From an uncultured Pelagibacteraceae bacterium (lineage in GTDB: Bacteria > Pseudomonadota > Alphaproteobacteria > Pelagibacterales > Pelagibacteraceae): a stretch of 64,000 nucleotides of DNA. The notes beneath the pieces are model-generated. The model did not search any database. It saw only the letters and a list, made by a program, of their open reading frames with translations, and was not told the origin of the DNA. Positions 1-9,304 of the stretch are shown here, piece by piece. The translations under genes were made by a program, and so were the position numbers. The stretch spans positions 21,849 to 85,848 of the forward strand of contig CACDSX010000002.1 of NCBI GenBank assembly GCA_902555655.1, read 5' to 3'. Positions within the stretch are counted from its first letter, which is position 1. Each line of letters opens with the position of its first letter.

Positions 1-1
1 T

Positions 2-76
2 TTGTCTACATTAATATTAGTAACCGCTGAGCTTTTAAGAAGAAGATCTGAGAGACTCAGAGGAATAAACCGATAG
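2..76 (+). CDS. 3' fragment of an ABC transporter permease (PotC-like, polyamine type)
   Basis: Frame from base 2 reads LSTLILVTAELLRRRSERLRGINR* (stop 74-76): end of a TM helix plus a basic tail typical of PotC-type permeases; truncated by the window edge. Confidence 0.5.
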   Translation: MSTLILVTAELLRRRSERLRGINR

Positions 77-89
77 TAAAAATCATTTA

Positions 90-2312
90 ATGAAAATTAA
101 GAACGTAGTGGTGATTGGTTCAGGAACAATGGGCAGCGGTATTGCTGCTCACTTATGTAATGCAAATGTACCTGTAACTTTACTTGATTTGAAAACAGAA
201 ATTAGTGAAAAAGCTAGAGAAAGAATTCATAAGTCAAGACCTCCTCTACTAATTGATAAATCTAAAATTAATAATATTAAAGTTGGAAATATTTCAGATG
301 ATTTTGATGTAGTTAAAGACGCGGATTGGATTGTTGAAGCAGTAGTAGAAAGAATAGATATTAAACATCAAATTTATGAAAAGATATTTAAAGTAAGAAA
401 AGATGGAGCTATAGTCTCATCAAACACATCATCAATTCCAATTAAAGTTTTATCTGAACATTTAAAAGATATAGAAAAAAAAGATTTTTGTATTACACAC
501 TTTTTTAATCCTGTCAGATATATGGGTCTGCTTGAGATTGTTAAAAATGAAAACAATGATCTTAATAAGATTAATCAATTAAAAGAATTTTGTGAAGAAG
601 AATTAGGCAAAGGTGCAATAGTTTGTAACGATACTCCAGGTTTTTTAGGAAACAGAGTTGGTGTTTATGCAATGCAAGTTGCTATGACAGAAGCTTTTAA
701 GATGAAACTTTCTGTTGAAGAAGCAGACGCAATATTTGGAAGACCAATGGGTATTCCTAAAACAGGTGTGTTTGGATTGTATGATTTAATTGGTATCGAT
801 TTAATGGCTGATGTATTGAAAAGTTTTATTAAAGAATTACCAGAGACAGATGAGTTTCATAAAGTTGCAAAAGAAATTCCGTTAGTAAAAAAATTAATTG
901 AGACTGGCTATACAGGAAGAAAAGGTAAAGGTGGATTCTATCGTATGAATAAAACTGGAGCTACAAAAATCATGGAGGCTATCAACCTTGAATCTGGAGA
1001 TTACTCTCCTAGCAAAAAGATCGATGTTAAATCGGATAAAGTAGATCTAAAGACATTAATCAATCGAAAAGATAAATATGGTGAGTATGCTTGGGCAGTT
1101 TTGTCTAAAATAATTAAATATGCCTCCTCTTTAGTTCCAGGTATTACAAAAGAATTTAATGATATTGATGAAGCAATGAGACTTGGTTTTAATTGGGCAA
1201 AAGGTCCTTTTGAGATGCTTGAAGAAATAGGTGTAAAAAATTTCTTTAATAGAGTTGATGACTTTGTTGGCAATAGTTTTTTAGAAAATCTATCAAAAAC
1301 TAAAAATGAAGATTTTTATGGTGAAAGACAAAAATACACGAACATAGAAACTTTAGGAAAAGTTAAAAAAACAGCATCAAGTTTAGATGGAAACGACTCT
1401 GCAAAAATCTATAGATTTAATGATTATAATATTGTTGAGTTTACCACTAAAGCTAACGCTCTAGATTATGACTCAATGGATGCTTTAAAAAAAGCAACAG
1501 ACAAACCTTTAATAATTATAAATGAAAGTATGCAATTTTCTGCAGGTGTAAACTTAACTTACACAATGCAATTTGCAGATAAAAAAGATTTTAAATCGAT
1601 TGAAAAATTTATTAAATATTTTCAAGAAACTTGTAAGCATTTAAAATATTCAAAATATCCAGTAGTTTCAGCTCCATCAGGATTAACTTTAGGTGGTGGA
1701 TTTGAAGTAATGGTACAAAGTAATTTTGTTGCATCTCATACAAATATTGTTGTTGGATTAGTAGAGACTATTGTGGGTTTAATTCCAGCAGGGGGCGGAT
1801 GTAAAGAAATGTTAGCAAGATGGCTTGATACTGATGAGGCAAAGAAAGACTCAAATTACGCACCTTTAAAAGTCTTTGATATAATTGGATATGGTAAGAC
1901 AGCTACCTCACCGGTTGAAGCGGAACCAATGAAATATTTGAGACCTTCTGATAAAAAAATAATGAATAGAAATAGTTTATTAGAAGTTTCCAAAAAAATT
2001 ATTACAGATAATAAAGATTTTAAATCACCAAGAGAGCTTGAATTTAAGCTTCCAGGAAAAGCTGTAAGAGGAGAGATGGATAAAATTTTAGATAATCTTT
2101 ACAATAATAAAATTATTTTAGATCATGGAGTTGAAGTTGCAAAAGAATTGGCCCACGTACTAAGCGGAGGTGATACCACGATAGATAAAACTCTATCAGA
2201 AGATGATTTATTCAAATTAGAGTTAGATGCTTTTATGAGATTAATTGAAACTCAAAAAACTCAAGATAGAATTAAACACACCTTAAAAACAGGTAAGCCT
2301 TTAGTTAATTAA
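90..2312 (+). CDS. 3-hydroxyacyl-CoA dehydrogenase / enoyl-CoA hydratase fusion (FadN-like)
   Basis: GSGTMGSGIA Rossmann motif, EAVVE, SNTSS, HFFNP, then a crotonase-like domain (FSAGVNL, LGGGFE). Confidence 0.9.
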   Translation: MKIKNVVVIGSGTMGSGIAAHLCNANVPVTLLDLKTEISEKARERIHKSRPPLLIDKSKINNIKVGNISDDFDVVKDADWIVEAVVERIDIKHQIYEKIFKVRKDGAIVSSNTSSIPIKVLSEHLKDIEKKDFCITHFFNPVRYMGLLEIVKNENNDLNKINQLKEFCEEELGKGAIVCNDTPGFLGNRVGVYAMQVAMTEAFKMKLSVEEADAIFGRPMGIPKTGVFGLYDLIGIDLMADVLKSFIKELPETDEFHKVAKEIPLVKKLIETGYTGRKGKGGFYRMNKTGATKIMEAINLESGDYSPSKKIDVKSDKVDLKTLINRKDKYGEYAWAVLSKIIKYASSLVPGITKEFNDIDEAMRLGFNWAKGPFEMLEEIGVKNFFNRVDDFVGNSFLENLSKTKNEDFYGERQKYTNIETLGKVKKTASSLDGNDSAKIYRFNDYNIVEFTTKANALDYDSMDALKKATDKPLIIINESMQFSAGVNLTYTMQFADKKDFKSIEKFIKYFQETCKHLKYSKYPVVSAPSGLTLGGGFEVMVQSNFVASHTNIVVGLVETIVGLIPAGGGCKEMLARWLDTDEAKKDSNYAPLKVFDIIGYGKTATSPVEAEPMKYLRPSDKKIMNRNSLLEVSKKIITDNKDFKSPRELEFKLPGKAVRGEMDKILDNLYNNKIILDHGVEVAKELAHVLSGGDTTIDKTLSEDDLFKLELDAFMRLIETQKTQDRIKHTLKTGKPLVN

Positions 2313-2948
2313 CATCCTAATTGTATTTATGTAGTCAGGTCTTAAGACGTATTGAGATTTATCAAGATATTTGATTTTTTCTAAAGCCTTTAAACCGTAA
2401 ATTACTTTTCCAATTGGAGTATATTCAGTTTCGTACAAAGGTTCATCTCTAAGTATAATAAAAAATTGACTATCTTCAGTGTTATATTTTTGAGCTCTTG
2501 CTAATGCAACACTACCTTTTTCAAAATTAAATGGATTATCTACTTCAGAATTAATAGTTCCTAATCCTGATTTACCTGTTCCAATCTTTCCATAATCTAT
2601 ATTTCCTTTTTTACCAAATTCCAAATCTCCAGCCTGCACAAGTGCATCTTTAATTACTCTATGGAAAGCAACATCATCATATGCTTTTGATTTGACCAAA
2701 GTTACAAATCTTTTTACTCCATTTGGGGAAATTTTCGGATAAAGTTCAATAATAACATTACCACAAGGAACATTTAGTACTGCAATATTTTTAGGATTAT
2801 CAAATTTAATTTTTTTTGGATCATAATATTTAACAAATAAACACTTATCTTTTATGAAAAAGAAAGAACTAAAAGAAAATAAAGCCAAAACAAGTATGAA
2901 AATAAAAATTATTTTTTCAGATTTAGAGGCTTTAATTTTTTGAATCAT
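2301..2948 (-). CDS. Cyclophilin-type peptidyl-prolyl isomerase with N-terminal membrane anchor
   Basis: FHRVIKDALVQAGD, GSVALAR, SQFFI, YTPIGKVIYG motifs; hydrophobic N-terminus. Confidence 0.88.
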   Translation of the reverse strand: MIQKIKASKSEKIIFIFILVLALFSFSSFFFIKDKCLFVKYYDPKKIKFDNPKNIAVLNVPCGNVIIELYPKISPNGVKRFVTLVKSKAYDDVAFHRVIKDALVQAGDLEFGKKGNIDYGKIGTGKSGLGTINSEVDNPFNFEKGSVALARAQKYNTEDSQFFIILRDEPLYETEYTPIGKVIYGLKALEKIKYLDKSQYVLRPDYINTIRMLIN

Positions 2949-3667
2949 AGAATGAAATTTTTATCAATCTTCAACAAATTATTTTTTATGAATTGTATTT
3001 TTTTTTCTAAAATTGGATCACTGTTATTAGGGCTTGAACCTATCATTAAATGGGAAAATACTTCAGCCATATCTTCCGAAGCTGTCGATCTAGAATATTC
3101 TGTAAAAAAACCATCTGTTTTTTTATAAGTATCTAATCCAACTTTATCTGTGCAAGTAGAGCATTCTGCATATTTAAAATTTTTTACATTAAAGTTAGAC
3201 CATACTTTTTCATCGAATATTGCTTTATAGTTATCGTTAATAATATGAAATACCTCGTGATGAATTACTCTTTCAAAATATTTTTCATCAAATTTTATAT
3301 CTAGAATTAAAGTTTTCATTACATTATCTGGAATTCCGGCTGTATTAATTTTTGAAATAGATAAATCTTCACAAAGTACAATATATTTGAGATTAATTTT
3401 TCTCAAAAATATTTGATTATATCTATCCAAATTTTTTTGGATTATTTTATATTTTTCATCCAATATTTTTTTTTCTGAGTTAAAACAATTGATATTATTA
3501 TCTACTCCTATTGTAAAAGGTTGTTTAGCGTAAAGGTATCTTAGTTTATTGGACTTGTTTATTTCATAAATTTCGAGATTTGGAATTTTAATTAGATTAT
3601 AAATCGTATCAGCTTGTGACTGAGTAAAGATAAACAAAGATAATAAAATTAATCTTATTAAGTTCAT
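2945..3667 (-). CDS. Exported putative zinc metallopeptidase (HExxH)
   Basis: Signal-peptide-like N-terminus; HHEVFH plus downstream EDMAEVF; CSTC motif. Confidence 0.6.
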   Translation of the reverse strand: MNLIRLILLSLFIFTQSQADTIYNLIKIPNLEIYEINKSNKLRYLYAKQPFTIGVDNNINCFNSEKKILDEKYKIIQKNLDRYNQIFLRKINLKYIVLCEDLSISKINTAGIPDNVMKTLILDIKFDEKYFERVIHHEVFHIINDNYKAIFDEKVWSNFNVKNFKYAECSTCTDKVGLDTYKKTDGFFTEYSRSTASEDMAEVFSHLMIGSSPNNSDPILEKKIQFIKNNLLKIDKNFIL

Positions 3668-3720
3668 AAATTTATATATAGAAGATATTCCAAATTAAAA
3701 GAATGTGATACAGTTTTACT

Positions 3721-4680
3721 GTGAAAAAAAAAATAAATAAAGATCCAATCCAACCTGTAAGTGGAACTAAAGTACCGCGGTTTGCTGGTCCCTCTACATT
3801 TGCAAGATTACCCGAACTAAGAGACGTCGAAAGTTGTGATGTAGCAATTGTTGGAATTCCATTTGATGCTGGCACAAGTTATAGACCAGGTGCAAGATTT
3901 GGTCCTCAAAGCATAAGACAAGCTTCAAGACATTTAAGGACAAATTATCATCCTAGCTATGATGTTGAGCCATTTAAAGTTCAACAAGTTGCAGATGCAG
4001 GTGATATTACCTGTAATCCATTCAATATTGATGAAGCAATAAAACAAATAGAAGTTGGTGCAGAAGAGTTACTAAAAAAAGTAGGTGGAATAATTAGTCT
4101 TGGTGGAGATCATACAATTGCATTTCCATTGCTTAAAGCAATAAATAAAATTAATAATGGTCCTGTAGCATTAGTTCATTTTGATGCTCATTTAGATACA
4201 TGGGATACTTATTTTGGAGCACCGTATACTCATGGAACCCCTTTTAGACGAGCGAGAGAAGAAAATTTATTTTTAGATGATGCCTCAATGCATGTTGGTA
4301 TTAGAGGTCCTTTATATAGCAGAGATGATATTAAAAATGATGAAAGTTTTGGATTTAAAATCATTCATTGCGATGAGTTTCAAACACAAGGAACAGATAA
4401 AATTGCTGAAAGAATTAAAAAAAGAGTAGGCAACAACCCTTTGTATCTGTCCATTGATATTGATGTATTAGATCCGGCTTTTGCACCTGGTACAGGTACA
4501 CCTGAAATTGCTGGAATGACGACAAGAGAAATGGTTAATGTAATTCGTGGACTTTCAGGATTAAATCTTATTTCTGCAGATGTAGTGGAGGTCTCACCAG
4601 CATATGATCACGCAGAAGTTACTTCACTTGCAGCTGCTACAATTGTTTATGAATTAACAAATTTGTTTGCAAAAAAATAA
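3721..4680 (+). CDS. speB: Agmatinase / ureohydrolase family enzyme
   Basis: GGDH, DAHLD, HGTPF, SIDIDVLDP metal-binding motifs; RPGARFGP. Confidence 0.85.
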   Translation: MKKKINKDPIQPVSGTKVPRFAGPSTFARLPELRDVESCDVAIVGIPFDAGTSYRPGARFGPQSIRQASRHLRTNYHPSYDVEPFKVQQVADAGDITCNPFNIDEAIKQIEVGAEELLKKVGGIISLGGDHTIAFPLLKAINKINNGPVALVHFDAHLDTWDTYFGAPYTHGTPFRRAREENLFLDDASMHVGIRGPLYSRDDIKNDESFGFKIIHCDEFQTQGTDKIAERIKKRVGNNPLYLSIDIDVLDPAFAPGTGTPEIAGMTTREMVNVIRGLSGLNLISADVVEVSPAYDHAEVTSLAAATIVYELTNLFAKK

Positions 4681-4700
4681 GGAAAGGTTAGGAGTCTCAT

Positions 4701-6137
4701 ATGGAAAATAAAAAAAATTTTTATATTGATGGAAAATGGGTCACACCAAAAAGTATAGAAGAAATCAAAGTAATTAACCCAGCAACAGAAGAAAATTGTG
4801 CAATTATATCTCTTGGTAATAAAGAGGATGTTGATCTTGCTGTTAGTTCGGCAAAAAAAGCATACAGCTCTTGGTCATTTTCAAAAAAAGAGGAAAGAAT
4901 AAAGTTATTAGAAAAACTTTATGAAAATTATAAAAAAAGATGGGCAGATATTGCAGATGCAATTACTACTGAAATGGGTGCACCAAAAGATTTTGCAACG
5001 AAGTTACAAGCTGGTACTGGTGCAGCTCACTTAAAATCTTTTATTAGATATTTAAAAAAATTTGAATTTGAAAAGCCATTAGGAGAGCATGCTCCAAATC
5101 AAAGATTAATCTATGAACCAAAGGGTGTTTGTGCTTTGATTACACCATGGAACTGGCCAATGAATCAAGTTTGCTTAAAGGTAATGCCAGCAATAGCTGC
5201 TGGTTGCACAATGGTTCTTAAACCATCTGAGTTAGCACCATTATCTTCAATGATTTTGGCTGAACTTATAGATGAAACTAAATTTCCTGCAGGAGTATTT
5301 AATTTAGTAAATGGTGATGGTGCAACAACAGGTGATGCATTAACAAGTCATCCAGATGTCAACATGATTTCATTTACTGGATCTACTAGAGCTGGTGCAT
5401 TAATATCACAAAATGCTGCTAAAGACTTTAAAAGAGTAAGCCTAGAATTAGGTGGAAAAGGAGCGAATATTATTTTTAAAGATGCAGATCCTGAAGCAAT
5501 AGAGAGAGGTGCATTAAGATGTTTTAGAAATTCAGGTCAATCATGTAATGCTCCAACAAGAATGCTTGTTGAAAAATCAATGTATGATGAAGCTATTGAA
5601 AGATTAAAAAAATACACAGAAAACTTTGAGGTTGGTGATCCAACAAAAGAAGGAGAACATATAGGGCCAGTTATTTCTGAGACACAATATAAAAAAATTC
5701 AAACTCTAATTAAAAAAGGAATTGATGAAGGAGCAAAATTGGTTGCAGGAGGACCTGGCAAACCAAAAGGTTTAGAAAAAGGATATTTCGTAAAACCTAC
5801 GGTGTTTGCTGATGTAAATAATGATATGAATATAGCAAGAGAAGAAATCTTTGGACCTGTATTGTCTGTCATGCCATTTGAAACTGAGGAAGAGGCAATT
5901 CAAATTGCTAATGATACCCCTTATGGTCTGACGAACTATATTCAAACCCAAGATAAAGAAAAAATTAAAAGGGTGGCAAGAAAGCTAAGATCAGGAATGG
6001 TAGATGTTAATGGTGCAGGTATTGCAGTTGATGCTCCGTTTGGAGGTTTTAAACATTCAGGAATTGGTCGAGAAGCCGGAGAGCATGGTCTTGAAGAGTT
6101 TCTTGAAGTTAAATCAGTAGGTGGTTGGAATAACTAA
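4701..6137 (+). CDS. Aldehyde dehydrogenase
   Basis: ITPWNWP, FTGS, ELGGK, NSGQSC (catalytic Cys), EEIFGP, PFGGFK. Confidence 0.92.
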   Translation: MENKKNFYIDGKWVTPKSIEEIKVINPATEENCAIISLGNKEDVDLAVSSAKKAYSSWSFSKKEERIKLLEKLYENYKKRWADIADAITTEMGAPKDFATKLQAGTGAAHLKSFIRYLKKFEFEKPLGEHAPNQRLIYEPKGVCALITPWNWPMNQVCLKVMPAIAAGCTMVLKPSELAPLSSMILAELIDETKFPAGVFNLVNGDGATTGDALTSHPDVNMISFTGSTRAGALISQNAAKDFKRVSLELGGKGANIIFKDADPEAIERGALRCFRNSGQSCNAPTRMLVEKSMYDEAIERLKKYTENFEVGDPTKEGEHIGPVISETQYKKIQTLIKKGIDEGAKLVAGGPGKPKGLEKGYFVKPTVFADVNNDMNIAREEIFGPVLSVMPFETEEEAIQIANDTPYGLTNYIQTQDKEKIKRVARKLRSGMVDVNGAGIAVDAPFGGFKHSGIGREAGEHGLEEFLEVKSVGGWNN

Positions 6138-6319
6138 TTTTGAATAACTAAGAAGTGTTCATTTTAGGTTAATATTAATTAATCATTGATAGTCAACACT
6201 TAGAGACTACTAAAAAAAAATCATTTGTTTGTATTTAATATAGAAATCAATAGGGTTTCATTAATTAACGTTGCGTAAATTAAACTAGTTATAACTCGCA
6301 ATACACAGAGGAGAAAAAT

Positions 6320-7774
6320 ATGAGTAGATCAAAATCGCTCTACAATGCAGATTTGGCACCAACTCCATCAAATAAAAAGAATTGGGGATGGTTCGAGATC
6401 TTTAACGTATGGGCAAATGATGTTCAAAGTTTATTTGGATATACTTTGGCAGCATCATTATTTTTAGCTTCAGGATTAAATGGCTGGGCAGTATTTTTAG
6501 CATTAATACTAGCTGGCTTTTTCATTATGTGGCTTGTAAACTTATCAGGAAAACCAAGTGTAAAACATGGAATTCCTTATCCAGTATTCGCTCGAGTAAG
6601 TATGGGTGTATTTGGTGCAAACTTTCCTGCGATGGCAAGAGGGCTTGTAGCAATGTTCTGGTATGGAGCACAAACATATGCGGCATCAACTGCTGTAGCA
6701 CTTCTAATTACAGGTATCACTGGTAATCCAGGTACTGAGATGTTTTTAGGAATGACAGGAGTAATGTGGGTGTCATTTATATTTGTATCTGCATTCCAAG
6801 TTTACTTATTCTGGCAAGGTGTAGATCTTGTAAAAAGATTCTTAAATTTTGCAGGACCTGCTGTTTATGTAGTGATGGTTTTATTAATGATAGTAATTTG
6901 GTTCAAAGCTGGTGGAGGTCTTTTATCAGAAGTAGGTGAAATATTTTCTGGTGGAGAAAGATCAGGTGGATTTGAAGGCTTAGGTTCATTTGGAGCTTTC
7001 TTAGCAGTATTCTCGATAATGGTAGGATACTTTGCTGCTGTAGTAATCAACTTTGGTGACTTTGCTAGATTTGTTAAAAATGAAGATGAAATGAAAAAAG
7101 GTAACCTATGGGGATTAGTGGGTAACGTTATTTTCTTCTCATTCATTACTTTAATGATCACTGGTGGAACAATCGCTATCTTTGGAGAATATGTAGCAAA
7201 CCCAACAGACATGGTAGCTAAAGTAGACAATATTGTATTAACAATCGTTGCAGCATTTGCATTCTTTGCAGCAACAGTTGGTATCAATATGGTTGCTAAC
7301 TTTATACCTCCTGCGTATGACCTTGCTAACTTAATGCCAAGTAAAATTAACTTCAGAACTGGTGGTTTAATAACTGCTGCTTTTGGTTTTATAATTGGTG
7401 GTATGTGGGTTGCGGTAATTACTCAAATGGGTCTATTCCCGTTTGTAAACACTTTAGGTGCAATTTTAGCTCCTGTGTTTGGTATAATGATTACTGACTA
7501 TTATATAATCAAAAAACAAAGATTAGATGTTGATGACTTGTTTAGTGACTCGCCTAACGGCAAGTATCACTATAATGGTGGTTTCAATGGTAAAGGTATG
7601 TTGGCATGGGTACTATCAGGATACATTGCTGTTGGTACAGTTTGGCCAAACATCTTATTTTTAGGAATGGATGATTTCTTCGCTAACTTAGGTGGTGGTG
7701 GAGGATATGCTTGGATAATTGGAGCATCATTAGGTGCTGTGATTCACTTGGCAATATCATCTAATAAAAAATAA
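6320..7774 (+). CDS. NCS1 nucleobase:cation symporter (allantoin/purine-derivative permease)
   Basis: Polytopic membrane protein with GIPYPVFARVSMG, WYGAQT, NFGDFARF; RBS AGAGGAG at 6307-6313; adjacent to allantoin genes. Confidence 0.88.
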   Translation: MSRSKSLYNADLAPTPSNKKNWGWFEIFNVWANDVQSLFGYTLAASLFLASGLNGWAVFLALILAGFFIMWLVNLSGKPSVKHGIPYPVFARVSMGVFGANFPAMARGLVAMFWYGAQTYAASTAVALLITGITGNPGTEMFLGMTGVMWVSFIFVSAFQVYLFWQGVDLVKRFLNFAGPAVYVVMVLLMIVIWFKAGGGLLSEVGEIFSGGERSGGFEGLGSFGAFLAVFSIMVGYFAAVVINFGDFARFVKNEDEMKKGNLWGLVGNVIFFSFITLMITGGTIAIFGEYVANPTDMVAKVDNIVLTIVAAFAFFAATVGINMVANFIPPAYDLANLMPSKINFRTGGLITAAFGFIIGGMWVAVITQMGLFPFVNTLGAILAPVFGIMITDYYIIKKQRLDVDDLFSDSPNGKYHYNGGFNGKGMLAWVLSGYIAVGTVWPNILFLGMDDFFANLGGGGGYAWIIGASLGAVIHLAISSNKK

Positions 7775-7787
7775 ATAAATTTTAATT

Positions 7788-7820
7788 AAAGCCCATCAAT
7801 GTAAATTGATGGGCTTTTTT
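7788..7820. terminator. Intrinsic terminator between convergent NCS1 and allA, probably bidirectional
   Basis: AAAGCCCATCAAT-GTAA-ATTGATGGGCTTT hairpin followed by a T-tract. Confidence 0.9.
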
Positions 7821-8323
7821 TATATTTGGAATTCTAAAAGAATATTTTCCTTATTTAGGTCGTGAAGAATTAAGTTATCTCCATCACCCAATCTATCTAC
7901 AACTAAAAAATTCATATCCTCGGTTGAGATTAGCGGGAAGTGCCAAACACCTGGATTATAATTAACACCAATTCCTCTAGGAATTATGAATGACTCGACT
8001 TTATTTAAGTCAGGTTTGTCTCCCTCAGGAGCAACGAATGCTAAAAAAGTTGTTTCTTTCATTGGAATAAAAGCTTGGCTTCCAAGTGGATGTTTTTCCA
8101 TCATATCAACCTTCATTGGAAAAGATCTTTTAAGAGCTGAAAAAATACTAATAGTGGACTCGCCATTATCTTTTTTTGTATTTAAATTTGCAATACCGTC
8201 GTATCTTTTTGCATAGCCATTATTAATTTCAATTGGCTTGATATCTGCTGTTGTAATCATATCACCAAATTTTTTAAAATTTTCTTTAGTAATAGGTTTT
8301 GGTTTGATAATTAAATTTGTCAT
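7820..8323 (-). CDS. allA: Ureidoglycolate lyase
   Basis: MEKHPLGSQAFIP, GVNYNPGVWHFPL, FLVVDR motifs. Confidence 0.9.
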   Translation of the reverse strand: MTNLIIKPKPITKENFKKFGDMITTADIKPIEINNGYAKRYDGIANLNTKKDNGESTISIFSALKRSFPMKVDMMEKHPLGSQAFIPMKETTFLAFVAPEGDKPDLNKVESFIIPRGIGVNYNPGVWHFPLISTEDMNFLVVDRLGDGDNLILHDLNKENILLEFQI

Positions 8324-9303
8324 ATTTTTTTACCAAAAATTCTAAATCTCGAAATACCTCCATCTGGAAATATATTAATCTTTACATGATTAATTTTTTC
8401 TTTTTTCATTAAAGAGTTTTTGAATGTATGAGTTTTGTTAGCTGATAACTTTGTATTTTTTAATAAATATTTCCATTTATTTGAAGAGTTAACTATTAGT
8501 TTTGAACTTTTAGATGGTAAATAACTTGCTTGTAAAGAACAGTAACTAGGAAAATTTCCTTTAAAATGATGAGTTGAAATTTCCATTTTATCAATCGACC
8601 TTCCATCAATTGAATTTAAAATTAACCAATCATTTCCTTTACCTCTTCTTCTTCTAGTCTCCCAGCCATCACCCATATTTTTTGCTTTACCAGGGGCTAA
8701 AACATTTTCAGCTTTTCCAAAATGTTCATTGTTGCAAGCGATAACTGACGCCCCACCCAATAAAGAAGCGAGATTTATTTTTTTATTGATATTTTTTTTT
8801 GATTTTGCAATAGACCCATACAATCTCAATCTGGCAACACCTCCATCAGGAAAAATATTAAATTTGATATGACTAAATATTTTTTTGTTTTTGACTGAAA
8901 AAAAATGATGAGAATTGGCTTTAACCCTTTTTTTTGCAAGAATTGATGTCCATTTCAATTGGTTAATTTTATTTGAGCTAGAGAATGCTCCTTCAATTGA
9001 AACCATTGCTGGCTGATTACCATTAAAGTGAGATGTATCCACACCAATCTTGGAAAGTTTTCCTGGCTTTCCAAGTTTTAAAATTATGTAATCATGCCCT
9101 GAGGTTCTTTTTCTTCTCGACTCCCATCCATCCATCCATTTTCCATGTTTATCAAATACACCTTCTCTAAATACCGGAATTGTCGGACTAATAATCCTAT
9201 TAGCTGATGCGAAAAAGTCATCAGTTTTATAAACCACCTTTGTGCCTAGCCTAGGTTGAGCTAAATCTATTAATCCGTTTGTAAATATTATTTTTTCTTT
9301 CAT
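8320..9303 (-). CDS. alc: Allantoicase
   Basis: Duplicated domain: DGWESRRKR / DGWETRRRR, TSHFNGN / THHFKGN, PDGGVARLR / PDGGISRFR. Confidence 0.95.
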   Translation of the reverse strand: MKEKIIFTNGLIDLAQPRLGTKVVYKTDDFFASANRIISPTIPVFREGVFDKHGKWMDGWESRRKRTSGHDYIILKLGKPGKLSKIGVDTSHFNGNQPAMVSIEGAFSSSNKINQLKWTSILAKKRVKANSHHFFSVKNKKIFSHIKFNIFPDGGVARLRLYGSIAKSKKNINKKINLASLLGGASVIACNNEHFGKAENVLAPGKAKNMGDGWETRRRRGKGNDWLILNSIDGRSIDKMEISTHHFKGNFPSYCSLQASYLPSKSSKLIVNSSNKWKYLLKNTKLSANKTHTFKNSLMKKEKINHVKINIFPDGGISRFRIFGKKI

Positions 9304-9304
9304 A

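Noticed and set aside
6185-6196. ATTGATAGTCAA shared by two intergenic regions (6185-6196 and 59379-59390)
   Set aside because: The 11-mer core also occurs inside puuE (9806-9816); it is AT-rich and resembles a reversed -35 element, so chance is not excluded
6250-6258. ATAGGGTTT upstream of both NCS1 and amt as a nitrogen box
   Set aside because: Only 9 bp, different distances from the start codons, and another copy overlaps the permease start near 36253
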